Positions 1-8,388 of a DNA stretch of 12,248 nt are shown here, piece after piece. Source of the stretch: Elusimicrobiota bacterium (GTDB taxonomy: Bacteria > CG03 > SLGR01 > JAGXOG01); the NCBI GenBank assembly GCA_051745145.1, contig JBNJDT010000043.1, forward strand, positions 1 to 12,248, read 5' to 3'. Each line of letters starts with the position of its first letter. Within the stretch, counting starts at the first letter, position 1. A program made the position numbers and the translations under genes. The notes under the pieces were generated by a model that saw nothing but the letters and a program-made list of their open reading frames with translations, had not been told where the DNA came from and searched no databases.

Positions 1-7
1 CCTCCTT
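1..7 (-). promoter_or_regulatory. Shine-Dalgarno (AAGGAGG) for a further gene starting just outside the window
   Basis: cctcctt at 1-7 reads AAGGAGG on the minus strand, 17 nt after the ATPase stop; implies the gene cluster continues past the window edge. Confidence 0.6.
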
Positions 8-24
8 TTAATTACAAATACTTC

Positions 25-1968
25 CTACTCTTCAATTTTTAAAAATTTAGCGTTTACAGCCACTATTACCGTACTTAAGGACATCAGAATTGCCCCGGCG
101 GCCGGACTTAAAAGAATTCCCCAGCTGAATAAAACTCCCGCGGCAAGGGGGATGGCGATTGCATTGTACCCGGTAGCCCAGGCCAGATTCTGGATCATCT
201 TTCTGTAAGTGGCCTTGGCCAGTCCGATAATCTTTACCGTATCCAGGGGGTTGCTCTTTACCAGGATAATATCGGCCGTCTCCGCCGCCACATCTGTTCC
301 CGAGCCTATGGCAATACCCAGATCCGCCTGGGCCAGGGCCGGGGCGTCGTTTACCCCGTCTCCCACCATAGCCGTTTTCAACCCCCTGCTCTGTACTTCT
401 TTTATTTTTTGAGCTTTTTTATCGGGAAGAACTCCGGCAAAATATTCATCCAGCCCCACTTCTTCTGCCACCCACTTAGCTACCTCTTCATTATCCCCGG
501 TAAGCATCATACATCTTAACCCCATATCCTTTAACCGGGTTATAACTTCTTTTGATTCAGGGCGGATAACATCAGAAAGGGCCACGGCTCCCATTATTTC
601 ACCATCTATTAAAAGAAAGACAACTGTCTTGCCCTGACTAAGTATTTCATCCACCTTACTGTCGTCATAAGTTATGTCGTTTTCTGTAAGATAACCGGGA
701 CTGACCACCATAACTTCCCGGCCCTCTACCTTCCCTTTAACTCCCTTTCCGGATATGGACGTAAAATTATTGACTTTAAACTTTTCTTCACTCTCTTTAA
801 CTATGCCCCGGGCTATGGAGTGTTCGGAATTTTGCTCCACGGAAGCGGCGTATTTTAAAATTTCCCGTTTGTCCATATCTTCAGAAATAGCCACCGTATC
901 TGTTACTCCAAAACTTCCTTGGGTAAGGGTCCCGGTCTTGTCAAAAATAATAGCCTGGAGATCTTTTGCTCTTTCAAAAGAGACCCGGTCTCTTATTAAC
1001 AAACCGTTTTTAGCTGAGATAGTGGTGGATACCGCCACAACAAGGGGTATGGCCAGCCCCAGGGCGTGGGGACAGGTGATAACCATAACCGTAACCATCC
1101 TTTCTAAAGAAAAAGCAAAATCCCGGCCGGCGAAAACCATCCATGAAAATAAAGTTATGCCCCCGGCCGTAAGGGCGATTAAAGTAAGCCAGACCGCCGC
1201 CCGGTCGGCTAAGGACTGGGTCTTTGATTTGCTTTTCTGGGCTTTCTCCACCAGATCCATCATCCGGGATAAATAGGATTTTTCTCCGGTCTCTTTTACT
1301 TCCACCTCCAGGGACCCCTCCTTGTTTACCGATCCCCCTATAACTTCGTCTCCTTTTCCTTTGCTTACGGGCTTTGACTCCCCGGTAACCATGGATTCGT
1401 TAACAGCCGATTTTCCCTTTACAACTTCCCCGTCTGCGGGAAATTTTTCGCCGGGTTTTACCAGAACAATATCACCGGGCTCCAGGCTGGAAACTTCCAC
1501 GCTTTGAGTTTCACCGTCCTTAACTATTTTATGAGCCTCGGAGGGTATAAGCTTGGCCATGGACTTTAAGGCTCCCGAGGCCCCCATGACCGATTTCATC
1601 TCTATCCAGTGACCTAAAAGCATTATGATTATTAACGTGGCCAGCTCCCAGAAAAATAGTTTCCCCTCAACTCCAAAGACCACCGCGCTTGAATAAAGAT
1701 AGGCCACCGTAATAGCCATGGCGATAAGGGTCATCATCCCCGGGGCTTTACTTTTTAGCTCCCTGTATAATCCTTTTAAGAAAGGCCAGCCTCCGTAAAA
1801 AAAGACTACGGTTGAAAACCCGAAAAGAACTAAATTACTTCCCCCGAAACTGATTTCTAAACCCAAGAAGCTCTGGATCATGGGAGATAAAATAAGTATG
1901 GGGATTGTAAGAATAATAGACCACCAGAACCTAACCTTAAAATCTTTTAACATTTTTTTATGATCCAT
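25..1968 (-). CDS. copB: Copper-translocating P1B-3-type ATPase (CopB-like), without an N-terminal metal-binding domain
   Basis: 647 aa; TGES, CPH in TM6 (1066-1074), DKTGT phosphorylation motif, GDGVNDAP, YN in TM7 and MSLST in TM8; SD-like AAGGAAG upstream. Confidence 0.93.
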   Translation of the reverse strand: MDHKKMLKDFKVRFWWSIILTIPILILSPMIQSFLGLEISFGGSNLVLFGFSTVVFFYGGWPFLKGLYRELKSKAPGMMTLIAMAITVAYLYSSAVVFGVEGKLFFWELATLIIIMLLGHWIEMKSVMGASGALKSMAKLIPSEAHKIVKDGETQSVEVSSLEPGDIVLVKPGEKFPADGEVVKGKSAVNESMVTGESKPVSKGKGDEVIGGSVNKEGSLEVEVKETGEKSYLSRMMDLVEKAQKSKSKTQSLADRAAVWLTLIALTAGGITLFSWMVFAGRDFAFSLERMVTVMVITCPHALGLAIPLVVAVSTTISAKNGLLIRDRVSFERAKDLQAIIFDKTGTLTQGSFGVTDTVAISEDMDKREILKYAASVEQNSEHSIARGIVKESEEKFKVNNFTSISGKGVKGKVEGREVMVVSPGYLTENDITYDDSKVDEILSQGKTVVFLLIDGEIMGAVALSDVIRPESKEVITRLKDMGLRCMMLTGDNEEVAKWVAEEVGLDEYFAGVLPDKKAQKIKEVQSRGLKTAMVGDGVNDAPALAQADLGIAIGSGTDVAAETADIILVKSNPLDTVKIIGLAKATYRKMIQNLAWATGYNAIAIPLAAGVLFSWGILLSPAAGAILMSLSTVIVAVNAKFLKIEE

Positions 1969-1990
1969 AAATTTAACTTCCTTTTAGTTA

Positions 1991-2848
1991 TTATTCTCTT
2001 GCGTTTGCTATAAGTTTCTCTATTTTGTCCCGATTAACCGTCTGTTTATATACCGGCTGCGAAAAACTTTCCGGTATAGCCTGATTCTCAAAAGTTTCCC
2101 GTTCTTTTTTGTAAAATACGCCCAGGGGAAATTTATCTTTCTCCATACTTCGGCTGAACGCATCCTCCCGGTTATCCGGTTTATAATCGTCCGGCAGATA
2201 ATAGGTGTGCTCTTTAAACCACTTGTAAGTATTTAATTTATTAAAAGAGACGCAGGGCTGAAATATATCTACCAGGGAGAGTCCCTTGTGCTCAACCGCC
2301 TGACTCAATATATCAGTGGTTTCATCCATATCTTTACAGTAGGCCCGGGCCGCAAACGATATATTCTGGGCTATAGCCACACCCAGGGGATTAAACGGTT
2401 CTTCAAAAACTCCGTTTAGCTGAACGGGGGTTTTAAACCCTTTCTGACTTGTGGGAGAAGCCTGACCTTTTGTCAAACCGTAAACCATATTATTGTGTAC
2501 AATTAAAGTTATATCCGGATTTCTTCTTACGGCATGCAGAAAATGGTTCCCCCCCTCCCCGTACATACAGCCGTCGCCGCTTTCGGCTATTACCGTCAAC
2601 CGGGGATTGGCGGATTTTACGCCGGTAGCTACCGGCACAGCTCTACCGTGAAGTCCGTTAAAATAATTACATTTTAAATACTGGGGGGCCTTGGCCGCCT
2701 GACCTATACCGCTGACCATAGCCAGATCCCGGGGGGGTATCTTTAATCCGGCCAGCGTATTTTTCAGGATGTTCAAAATACCGAAATTACCGCAGCCCGG
2801 ACACCAGGCTATATCGGAATTTTCTGCTTTATAATCATCAGTATCCAT
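1991..2848 (-). CDS. 2-oxoacid:ferredoxin/acceptor oxidoreductase beta (TPP-binding) subunit
   Basis: WCPGCG, LHGR, GDG...NN TPP motif, YGLTKGQ.SPT, QPCVSFN; SGIGQ in place of SGIGC; SD AAGGAG. Confidence 0.92.
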   Translation of the reverse strand: MDTDDYKAENSDIAWCPGCGNFGILNILKNTLAGLKIPPRDLAMVSGIGQAAKAPQYLKCNYFNGLHGRAVPVATGVKSANPRLTVIAESGDGCMYGEGGNHFLHAVRRNPDITLIVHNNMVYGLTKGQASPTSQKGFKTPVQLNGVFEEPFNPLGVAIAQNISFAARAYCKDMDETTDILSQAVEHKGLSLVDIFQPCVSFNKLNTYKWFKEHTYYLPDDYKPDNREDAFSRSMEKDKFPLGVFYKKERETFENQAIPESFSQPVYKQTVNRDKIEKLIANARE

Positions 2849-2882
2849 TATAATATCTCCTTATAATCTTCTTATTTTTCCG

Positions 2883-4589
2883 TTAACTTAAATTTTTAAA
2901 TTTTTCAACAAGTTCTTCTACCGAAAATGCCAGACCGTTATATTTTAAAATTTTTTCATCGACCGCTATTCCGGTCTCTTTCTTTATTAATCCGGCAAAC
3001 TGACCGGTGGCGTTATTTTCAACCACCGCAGTTATTTTAGCTTTATTTAAATATTCTTCTGTAGAACGGGGAACGGGATACACCTGGGAAAAATGGAGGA
3101 AAGCTGTTTTTTGGGAACCGGTTTTCTTCAGGGCTTCCTTTATGACATGATAATTTGAACCCCACCCTATTATTAAAGTCTCATAATCTTCGGGGCCGTA
3201 CAGTTCCGGTTCTATAGTTTCATCTTTTAGGCCCTCCAGTTTCTCAAGACGCTTCTCATTTATTTTTTCCCTGAAATCCAGATCTTCCGTAATGTGTCCT
3301 TTTTCACCGTGTTCATCGCTGTCGGCGCAGACTAAACCATCACCGTAGCCCGGTACTCCCCGGGGGGATATGCCATCGGGTTTTAATTTATATCTGGAAT
3401 AATCTTCAGATGTCTTTTCAATAGCTTTTTTCACTTTAAGTTTATCCGTATCCAACTTACTTACGTTCATATAAGAATCCAGGAAATACTGATCGGTTAA
3501 GACAAATACCGGGGTCTGGTATTTATCCGCCGTGTTAAACGCCCTATTTACCACATTAAGGGCCTGCTGAAAACTTCCCGGGGCGTATATGGCCCGGGGA
3601 AATTCACCGTGGCCGGCATGTAAAACCAGGTTCAGATCTTCCTGGGCTGTCCTTGTGGGAAGCCCGGTTGCCGGTCCGGGTCTTTGAGCCACATGGACCA
3701 CCAGGGGAGTTTCTGTCATCCCCGCCAGACTTATGCCTTCTTCCATTAAAGCTACCCCTCCCCCGGAAGTATTAGCCAGCGCCCGGGCCCCGGCGTACCA
3801 GGCCCCTATATTCATGTTAACCGCGCTTATTTCGTCCTCGGCCTGCTCGGCTACTATACCGAATTCCCCGGCCTGTTCACATAAAAAGACAAAAACACCG
3901 GTGGACGGAGACATGGGATAAGCCGAAATAAAATTACATCCCCCGAGCAGGGCCCCTATCCCCACCGCTTCCACTCCATTCATTAAAATATTGTCACTAA
4001 TAGAAGAGGTTTTTTCTATATTTACGGTCAAATCCATTTTCTCAAATATATCCGAAGCAATATCAAATCCCCGGCTCACCGCTTTTTTGTTTTTTTGGAC
4101 AATATCTTTACCTTTTGAAGAGAATTTCTCTGTTATACTTTGCTCAGCTATAGCTTCTTTTACCTCTACCAGGCCTTCAACTATTCCGGCGGCCACGGTA
4201 TTGGCAAATATTAAACCGCCAATTTCCCGGGCTGACTCACTGATATTAGTTTTAAACGTATGTTTTCTATCGGCATATTCCTCGTCAATATTTTCCGGAT
4301 CCCCTATTATTAAAGTTTCGGAGTTAATCCAATCTTCTATCCTGTCCAAAGCGCCCGGGTTTAGAGGAAGAAGAATATCAATTTTTTCCACATACGCCCT
4401 GACCGGTTTTGCCGAGACCCTTATCTGGGTTGTATTGTTCCCTCCCCGGACCCGGGACATGAATTCTTTAGTCGAAAATACATTGTAGCCGGTCTCTTTA
4501 AAAGCATGTACTAAAAGATTCTCTACTGTCTGTATCCCCTGCCCGGCCGCGCCGGATAAAACTATGGAAATATCCCTGTTTAATTTCAT
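2883..4589 (-). CDS. 2-oxoacid:acceptor oxidoreductase alpha subunit (with N-terminal gamma-like domain)
   Basis: GAAGQGIQ, SRVRGG, YPMSP, QAEDE, TSGGG, QRPGPATGLPT, VENNATGQ; directly upstream of the beta subunit. Confidence 0.93.
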   Translation of the reverse strand: MKLNRDISIVLSGAAGQGIQTVENLLVHAFKETGYNVFSTKEFMSRVRGGNNTTQIRVSAKPVRAYVEKIDILLPLNPGALDRIEDWINSETLIIGDPENIDEEYADRKHTFKTNISESAREIGGLIFANTVAAGIVEGLVEVKEAIAEQSITEKFSSKGKDIVQKNKKAVSRGFDIASDIFEKMDLTVNIEKTSSISDNILMNGVEAVGIGALLGGCNFISAYPMSPSTGVFVFLCEQAGEFGIVAEQAEDEISAVNMNIGAWYAGARALANTSGGGVALMEEGISLAGMTETPLVVHVAQRPGPATGLPTRTAQEDLNLVLHAGHGEFPRAIYAPGSFQQALNVVNRAFNTADKYQTPVFVLTDQYFLDSYMNVSKLDTDKLKVKKAIEKTSEDYSRYKLKPDGISPRGVPGYGDGLVCADSDEHGEKGHITEDLDFREKINEKRLEKLEGLKDETIEPELYGPEDYETLIIGWGSNYHVIKEALKKTGSQKTAFLHFSQVYPVPRSTEEYLNKAKITAVVENNATGQFAGLIKKETGIAVDEKILKYNGLAFSVEELVEKFKNLS

Positions 4590-4628
4590 TATAATCTCCG
4601 TGGTTTATTCATTTCCCGCTAATTTAAG

Positions 4629-4662
4629 TGCCGGGATATAATTTAAATTTTATATCCCGGCA
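4629..4662 (-). terminator. Perfect 13-bp stem-loop between sor and OFOR alpha (weak terminator or mRNA-stabilising hairpin)
   Basis: tgccgggatataa (4629-4641) and ttatatcccggca (4650-4662), 8-nt loop, 12 nt after the SOR stop; no clear U tract on the minus strand. Confidence 0.55.
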
Positions 4663-4674
4663 ACCCTTTAGGTA

Positions 4675-5115
4675 TTATATTTCCTTTTCAGCAATCCAGT
4701 TTCCGTGGACCGTACAGTGTTCTACCACGGACAGTTTACCTTTATCCACGTCCATATGAAGACAGCCCGCCGGCTGGAGATTTTTCGGGGTTAATTTCAC
4801 TCTGGAGAGGAACTCTTCATCCAGATAGAAATCTATTATATTTATATAGTGGTCTGACTCCATAGGATGAATTATATCGCCCATCTTCACGTGCACATCC
4901 ACGCACCCTTCAATAAGACTGCAGGATTTGTTTACCAAAATCAGGGGGACATGTTTTTTCTCAAGATCGCTCTTATTATCAGAATCCTCAGGCACCTTGA
5001 CAGCATCTTCCTGCTCTTCAAACGCTTTTTTAGGCGCTCCGCAGGATGGACACGTATCCGGTGCTCCGTCCTTTAACTCTACATAACCACACATACTACA
5101 TACATACTTACTCAT
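4675..5115 (-). CDS. Superoxide reductase (desulfoferrodoxin-family catalytic domain) fused to an N-terminal rubredoxin-like domain
   Basis: N-terminal CSMC-x12-CPSC; SOR ligand motifs EKKHVP, HPM...HYI, CTVHG; strong SD AGGAGGT at 5122-5128. Confidence 0.9.
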   Translation of the reverse strand: MSKYVCSMCGYVELKDGAPDTCPSCGAPKKAFEEQEDAVKVPEDSDNKSDLEKKHVPLILVNKSCSLIEGCVDVHVKMGDIIHPMESDHYINIIDFYLDEEFLSRVKLTPKNLQPAGCLHMDVDKGKLSVVEHCTVHGNWIAEKEI

Positions 5116-5128
5116 ACTTATACCTCCT

Positions 5129-5506
5129 CTACTCTACTTCTTCGTGTATTGCCTTTTCTATTTCCTCAAACAAAATATCTAAATCAAAAGGTTTTGTTAA
5201 ACACTTTTTAATGCCGCTCATGCTAACCGCGTATTTTCTGTCTTCTTTGGAAAAATAACCGGTCATAGCAATTATGGGAATATCCGCGGTATCTTTATTT
5301 TTCTTAAGGGTTTCGGCTACTTTAAATCCGCTGGTATTCCGTAATTTTAAATCCAGCAGTATGAGATCGGGTTTATTTTCTCTAACAAGTTCTAACCCTT
5401 CTTTCCCGGTTGTAGAACTGTCCACCCGGTACCCGTTATTTTTCAGAGCCTCCGCTACCTCATCTAAAAACTCCTTATTGTCATCTATAATTATTATTCT
5501 TTTCAT
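5129..5506 (-). CDS. Single-domain (CheY/DivK-like) response regulator
   Basis: 125 aa; IIDD acidic pocket, LILLD phospho-Asp, MTG, LTKPF. Confidence 0.92.
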   Translation of the reverse strand: MKRIIIIDDNKEFLDEVAEALKNNGYRVDSSTTGKEGLELVRENKPDLILLDLKLRNTSGFKVAETLKKNKDTADIPIIAMTGYFSKEDRKYAVSMSGIKKCLTKPFDLDILFEEIEKAIHEEVE

Positions 5507-5548
5507 TTTATTCCCTTTCAGTATGTATTATCCCAAATATTAACCTTA

Positions 5549-5554
5549 ATTATA
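5549..5554 (-). promoter_or_regulatory. Possible sigma70 -10 box (TATAAT) upstream of the receiver-sor pair
   Basis: attata at 5549-5554 gives a perfect TATAAT on the minus strand about 43 nt before the ATG; poor -35 (AGTCTA at 17 nt); region is AT-rich, so a chance match is possible. Confidence 0.3.
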
Positions 5555-5610
5555 ATTGTCTGTTTCTACTTTAGACTGTTTTTATTCCACTTTTTTTCAA
5601 AAGGATAGTA

Positions 5611-7479
5611 TTATCGGGTCAAAGGTAATCTTATTTCAACAGTTGTGCCCTGATCCGGTTTACTTTTAATCTCAAAGGACGCCCCGTGAAGATCGGTTAT
5701 CTGTTGACATATGGCCAGCCCCAGTCCTGTACCCGTTTTTTTGGTAGTAAAGAAAGGATTGTTGACTTTATCCAAATCCTGCCGGTCTATTCCCGGACCG
5801 TTATCTTTTATATTCATGACCAGTTCTCTACCTTCTTTGAATAATGTAATATCAATTTCCCCGCCACTTTCCGGTAAAGTCTCAACAGCGTTGCTGAGAA
5901 GATTAATAGTAAGTTCGGTTAACTGTAAAAAATCGCCTTTTAATTTCAGGTTTTCGGGAAGATGATAATTTTTATTAAAAATTATATCTTTACCAAAAAT
6001 TTTATCCCGGGTAACTTCTAAACTTTCATCGATGACTTCTTCTATATTAACCGGTTCAAATTCCGGGGGTTTTATCTTAGTGTAAAAAAGCAGGTTATCT
6101 ATAATTTGATCCGAATCTCTTATCTTGGCCTTAATCCTGTTTATGTGACCTAACAGGGTCTTTTTATCTGTCTTATTTTTTAAATTATAAATTGCCGTTT
6201 TCATTGTAGCCAGGGGATTTCTAAGCTCATGGGCAACGGTGGCGGCAAGTTCTCCCAAATCCGCTAGCCGTCGAGCTTCTTCCAGCTTTTTGTGGACCAA
6301 TTTTAATTCCTCTTTTTTTTCTTTAAACTTTTTTTCAGCCAGTTCTTTTGCTTTTTTTCTCTTTGTAATATCTTTAGAAATTTTTAATTTTGAGACCGTA
6401 CCGTCCGGATTTCCTACGGCCGTCTCAATAAACTCATAACTTTTACCCTCCGGATAAGTATATTCCCACACAACTTCTTCACCGTTAAAAACTTCTTCAT
6501 TTTTACACCAGGGGCACGGGCTCTTCCGGTCAAAACAGTATTCGTAACACTTTTTGTCACCCGGGGGGCCGAACCCTTCTACCATAGCCGAATTTACATA
6601 TTCGATACGGTAATCTTTAGACACCACATATACCTCGTAGTGAATATTCTCCATAATATTTAACATCCGGTCTTTCTGATTCTTTAGTCTTTCCCGGCTT
6701 TTATTTAAACTGCTGAACATTATATTTAACGGTTCGGATATGCCGGTTTCTATTACGGCTCTGTATATAAAATAAAAGGAGAGTATCTTCAAAAAATGGC
6801 CTGCGGCGTTAAAAAATCCGTAGGGGTTGGCATACAGGGTAAATGAAAGTTCGGATAATACGGTAGCTGTAATGGAAAATACCATTAATTTATAAATTTT
6901 CGGGAATATAGAATCCTTTTTTTTCCAGAGTATAAACAGGGAAATAAGTAGTATTAGAGAAATTAGGTACTCACTTACAATTTTAAACCCGGTCAGTCCC
7001 TCGCCGGATACAAAACTTACCGGGAAATTTTCAAAATAAAATATGCTCATAAATCCCAACCCGGTTATAAGTGAGCCACCCAGAACCAGCCGGACGGGTC
7101 GGATTTCTCTATTTAATAAAAACGGAAAGGCAAGCAGAGTTATACTCTCAAAATACCTGGCGAATATCCAAAGCTGGGTAGGTAAATTTATACCCCCGCC
7201 TTCAATTACCCCCATACCCGTGTAGGTCAGGGTATGCATTAAATCTATAGAACCTACAAATAAATACGCAACTCCCAGATAAATCAGGGCCTTAAATTCA
7301 ATTATATCTTTAGTGGCCCAGGCCAACACAAATATTCCCCCGGCTATCACTATACTGAAAAATTCGGCCAGGGTGTGAAAAAGCAGGTAATTGTATAGCT
7401 TTATTATATACAGCCCCCCTAAAATAAAAACTACAAATATGTATTTTTCTATATTATTTCTATTACCGGAAGTAACCAC
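5611..7479 (-). CDS. Membrane sensor histidine kinase: MASE3 - Cys-rich PAS - HisKA - HATPase
   Basis: Multi-TM N-terminus with MASE3-like signatures (NYLLFHTLAEFFSI, DLMHTLTYTGMG, QLWIFARYFE); PAS ending DIT; H box AHELRNPL, N box NLLSNA, DNGPGI, PFFTTK, GTGLGL; the GTG start is uncertain. Confidence 0.9.
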   Translation of the reverse strand: MVTSGNRNNIEKYIFVVFILGGLYIIKLYNYLLFHTLAEFFSIVIAGGIFVLAWATKDIIEFKALIYLGVAYLFVGSIDLMHTLTYTGMGVIEGGGINLPTQLWIFARYFESITLLAFPFLLNREIRPVRLVLGGSLITGLGFMSIFYFENFPVSFVSGEGLTGFKIVSEYLISLILLISLFILWKKKDSIFPKIYKLMVFSITATVLSELSFTLYANPYGFFNAAGHFLKILSFYFIYRAVIETGISEPLNIMFSSLNKSRERLKNQKDRMLNIMENIHYEVYVVSKDYRIEYVNSAMVEGFGPPGDKKCYEYCFDRKSPCPWCKNEEVFNGEEVVWEYTYPEGKSYEFIETAVGNPDGTVSKLKISKDITKRKKAKELAEKKFKEKKEELKLVHKKLEEARRLADLGELAATVAHELRNPLATMKTAIYNLKNKTDKKTLLGHINRIKAKIRDSDQIIDNLLFYTKIKPPEFEPVNIEEVIDESLEVTRDKIFGKDIIFNKNYHLPENLKLKGDFLQLTELTINLLSNAVETLPESGGEIDITLFKEGRELVMNIKDNGPGIDRQDLDKVNNPFFTTKKTGTGLGLAICQQITDLHGASFEIKSKPDQGTTVEIRLPLTR

Positions 7480-7482
7480 GAA

Positions 7483-8184
7483 CTACTTCCGAAACTGGGT
7501 AGGAGTTTTGCCGCACCGCTCTTTAAAAATTTTCATAAACGACTCCGGGTTCCGGTAACCGAGTTTATAAGCTATACTGTTTACACTTTTATCGGTCTCT
7601 TTTAGCAATCTTTTGGCTTCTTTAATTTTTACCTTTAACCTGTATTCGGTAAAAGTAAGGCCGGTCTCATCTTTAAATAGACGGCTTAAATATTTAGAAG
7701 AAAGATTAACATAGCCGGCTACATCTTCAAGATTAATTTTTTTGTAGCAATTTTTATTAACAAATCTCTTAGCTTTCCGGATTTTTTCTGAAATACCGGA
7801 ACCGCCGGAAGAATTTTCCGCGGCCCTACTTTCAATAACTTTTTCTATCCTTTTTTTCAACTCTTTAATATCCGTGATTTTCTCCACATAATCATCGGCA
7901 CCTCTTCTCAAAGATTCAAGGATAACCTGTTTAGAACTGTACCCGGTTAAAATTATTATACCCAGCCGGGGGTTTTTTTCTCTCATTTTTTCGATAATCT
8001 GGGTGCCGTTTTGTTGAGGAAGTTTCTGGTCCAGCAGAACCAGATCTAAATCATTGGGGGAGTTTACTCTATTTAATGCATCCTTACTGTTTGATACCCC
8101 GGTAATTTTGTATTTAGAGAGCGCTTCTGTTAACTCTTCTCTAAAAGCTTTATTATCATCTACTAATAGTATTTTATAGGGCAT
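7483..8184 (-). CDS. Two-component response regulator, REC + AraC-type HTH
   Basis: LLVDD, LVLLD, ILTG receiver motifs; C-terminal LEDVAGYVNLSSKYLSRLFK and IAYKLGY...F..IFK...GKTP..FRK AraC signature. Confidence 0.92.
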   Translation of the reverse strand: MPYKILLVDDNKAFREELTEALSKYKITGVSNSKDALNRVNSPNDLDLVLLDQKLPQQNGTQIIEKMREKNPRLGIIILTGYSSKQVILESLRRGADDYVEKITDIKELKKRIEKVIESRAAENSSGGSGISEKIRKAKRFVNKNCYKKINLEDVAGYVNLSSKYLSRLFKDETGLTFTEYRLKVKIKEAKRLLKETDKSVNSIAYKLGYRNPESFMKIFKERCGKTPTQFRK

Positions 8185-8388
8185 ATCTTTAATAAATAAT
8201 CTTTAACATAAGTACCGGCGTATAAATACCGGAATGTCTTTATTCATATCAATAATTATTATTTTATCAATAATTCAGCAAAAAGTGAAATTTAAAGCTT
8301 AAACTTAAACCGATACAGTTTCTATCCTGTACTTTCAAATTAAACTTATCCGACCGGTTCTTCTCGGGGACTATATTCTTAAAATACT

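Noticed and set aside
209..1507. Plus-strand ORFs 209-412, 755-1276 and 1322-1507
   Set aside because: Antisense shadows of the well-supported ATPase, with no motifs
5091..5123. catac/catact short repeats at the SOR 5' end
   Set aside because: Explained by the codons for MSKYVCSMC and the SD spacer; irregular, not an array
6295..6390. T-rich homopolymer tracts in the kinase as phase-variation sites
   Set aside because: They encode a Lys/Glu coiled coil, the frame is intact, and such runs are common in this AT-rich DNA
3733..7225. Plus-strand ORFs opposite OFOR alpha, SOR, the receiver and the kinase
   Set aside because: They overlap motif-rich minus-strand genes and have Ser/Phe/Ile-rich shadow composition
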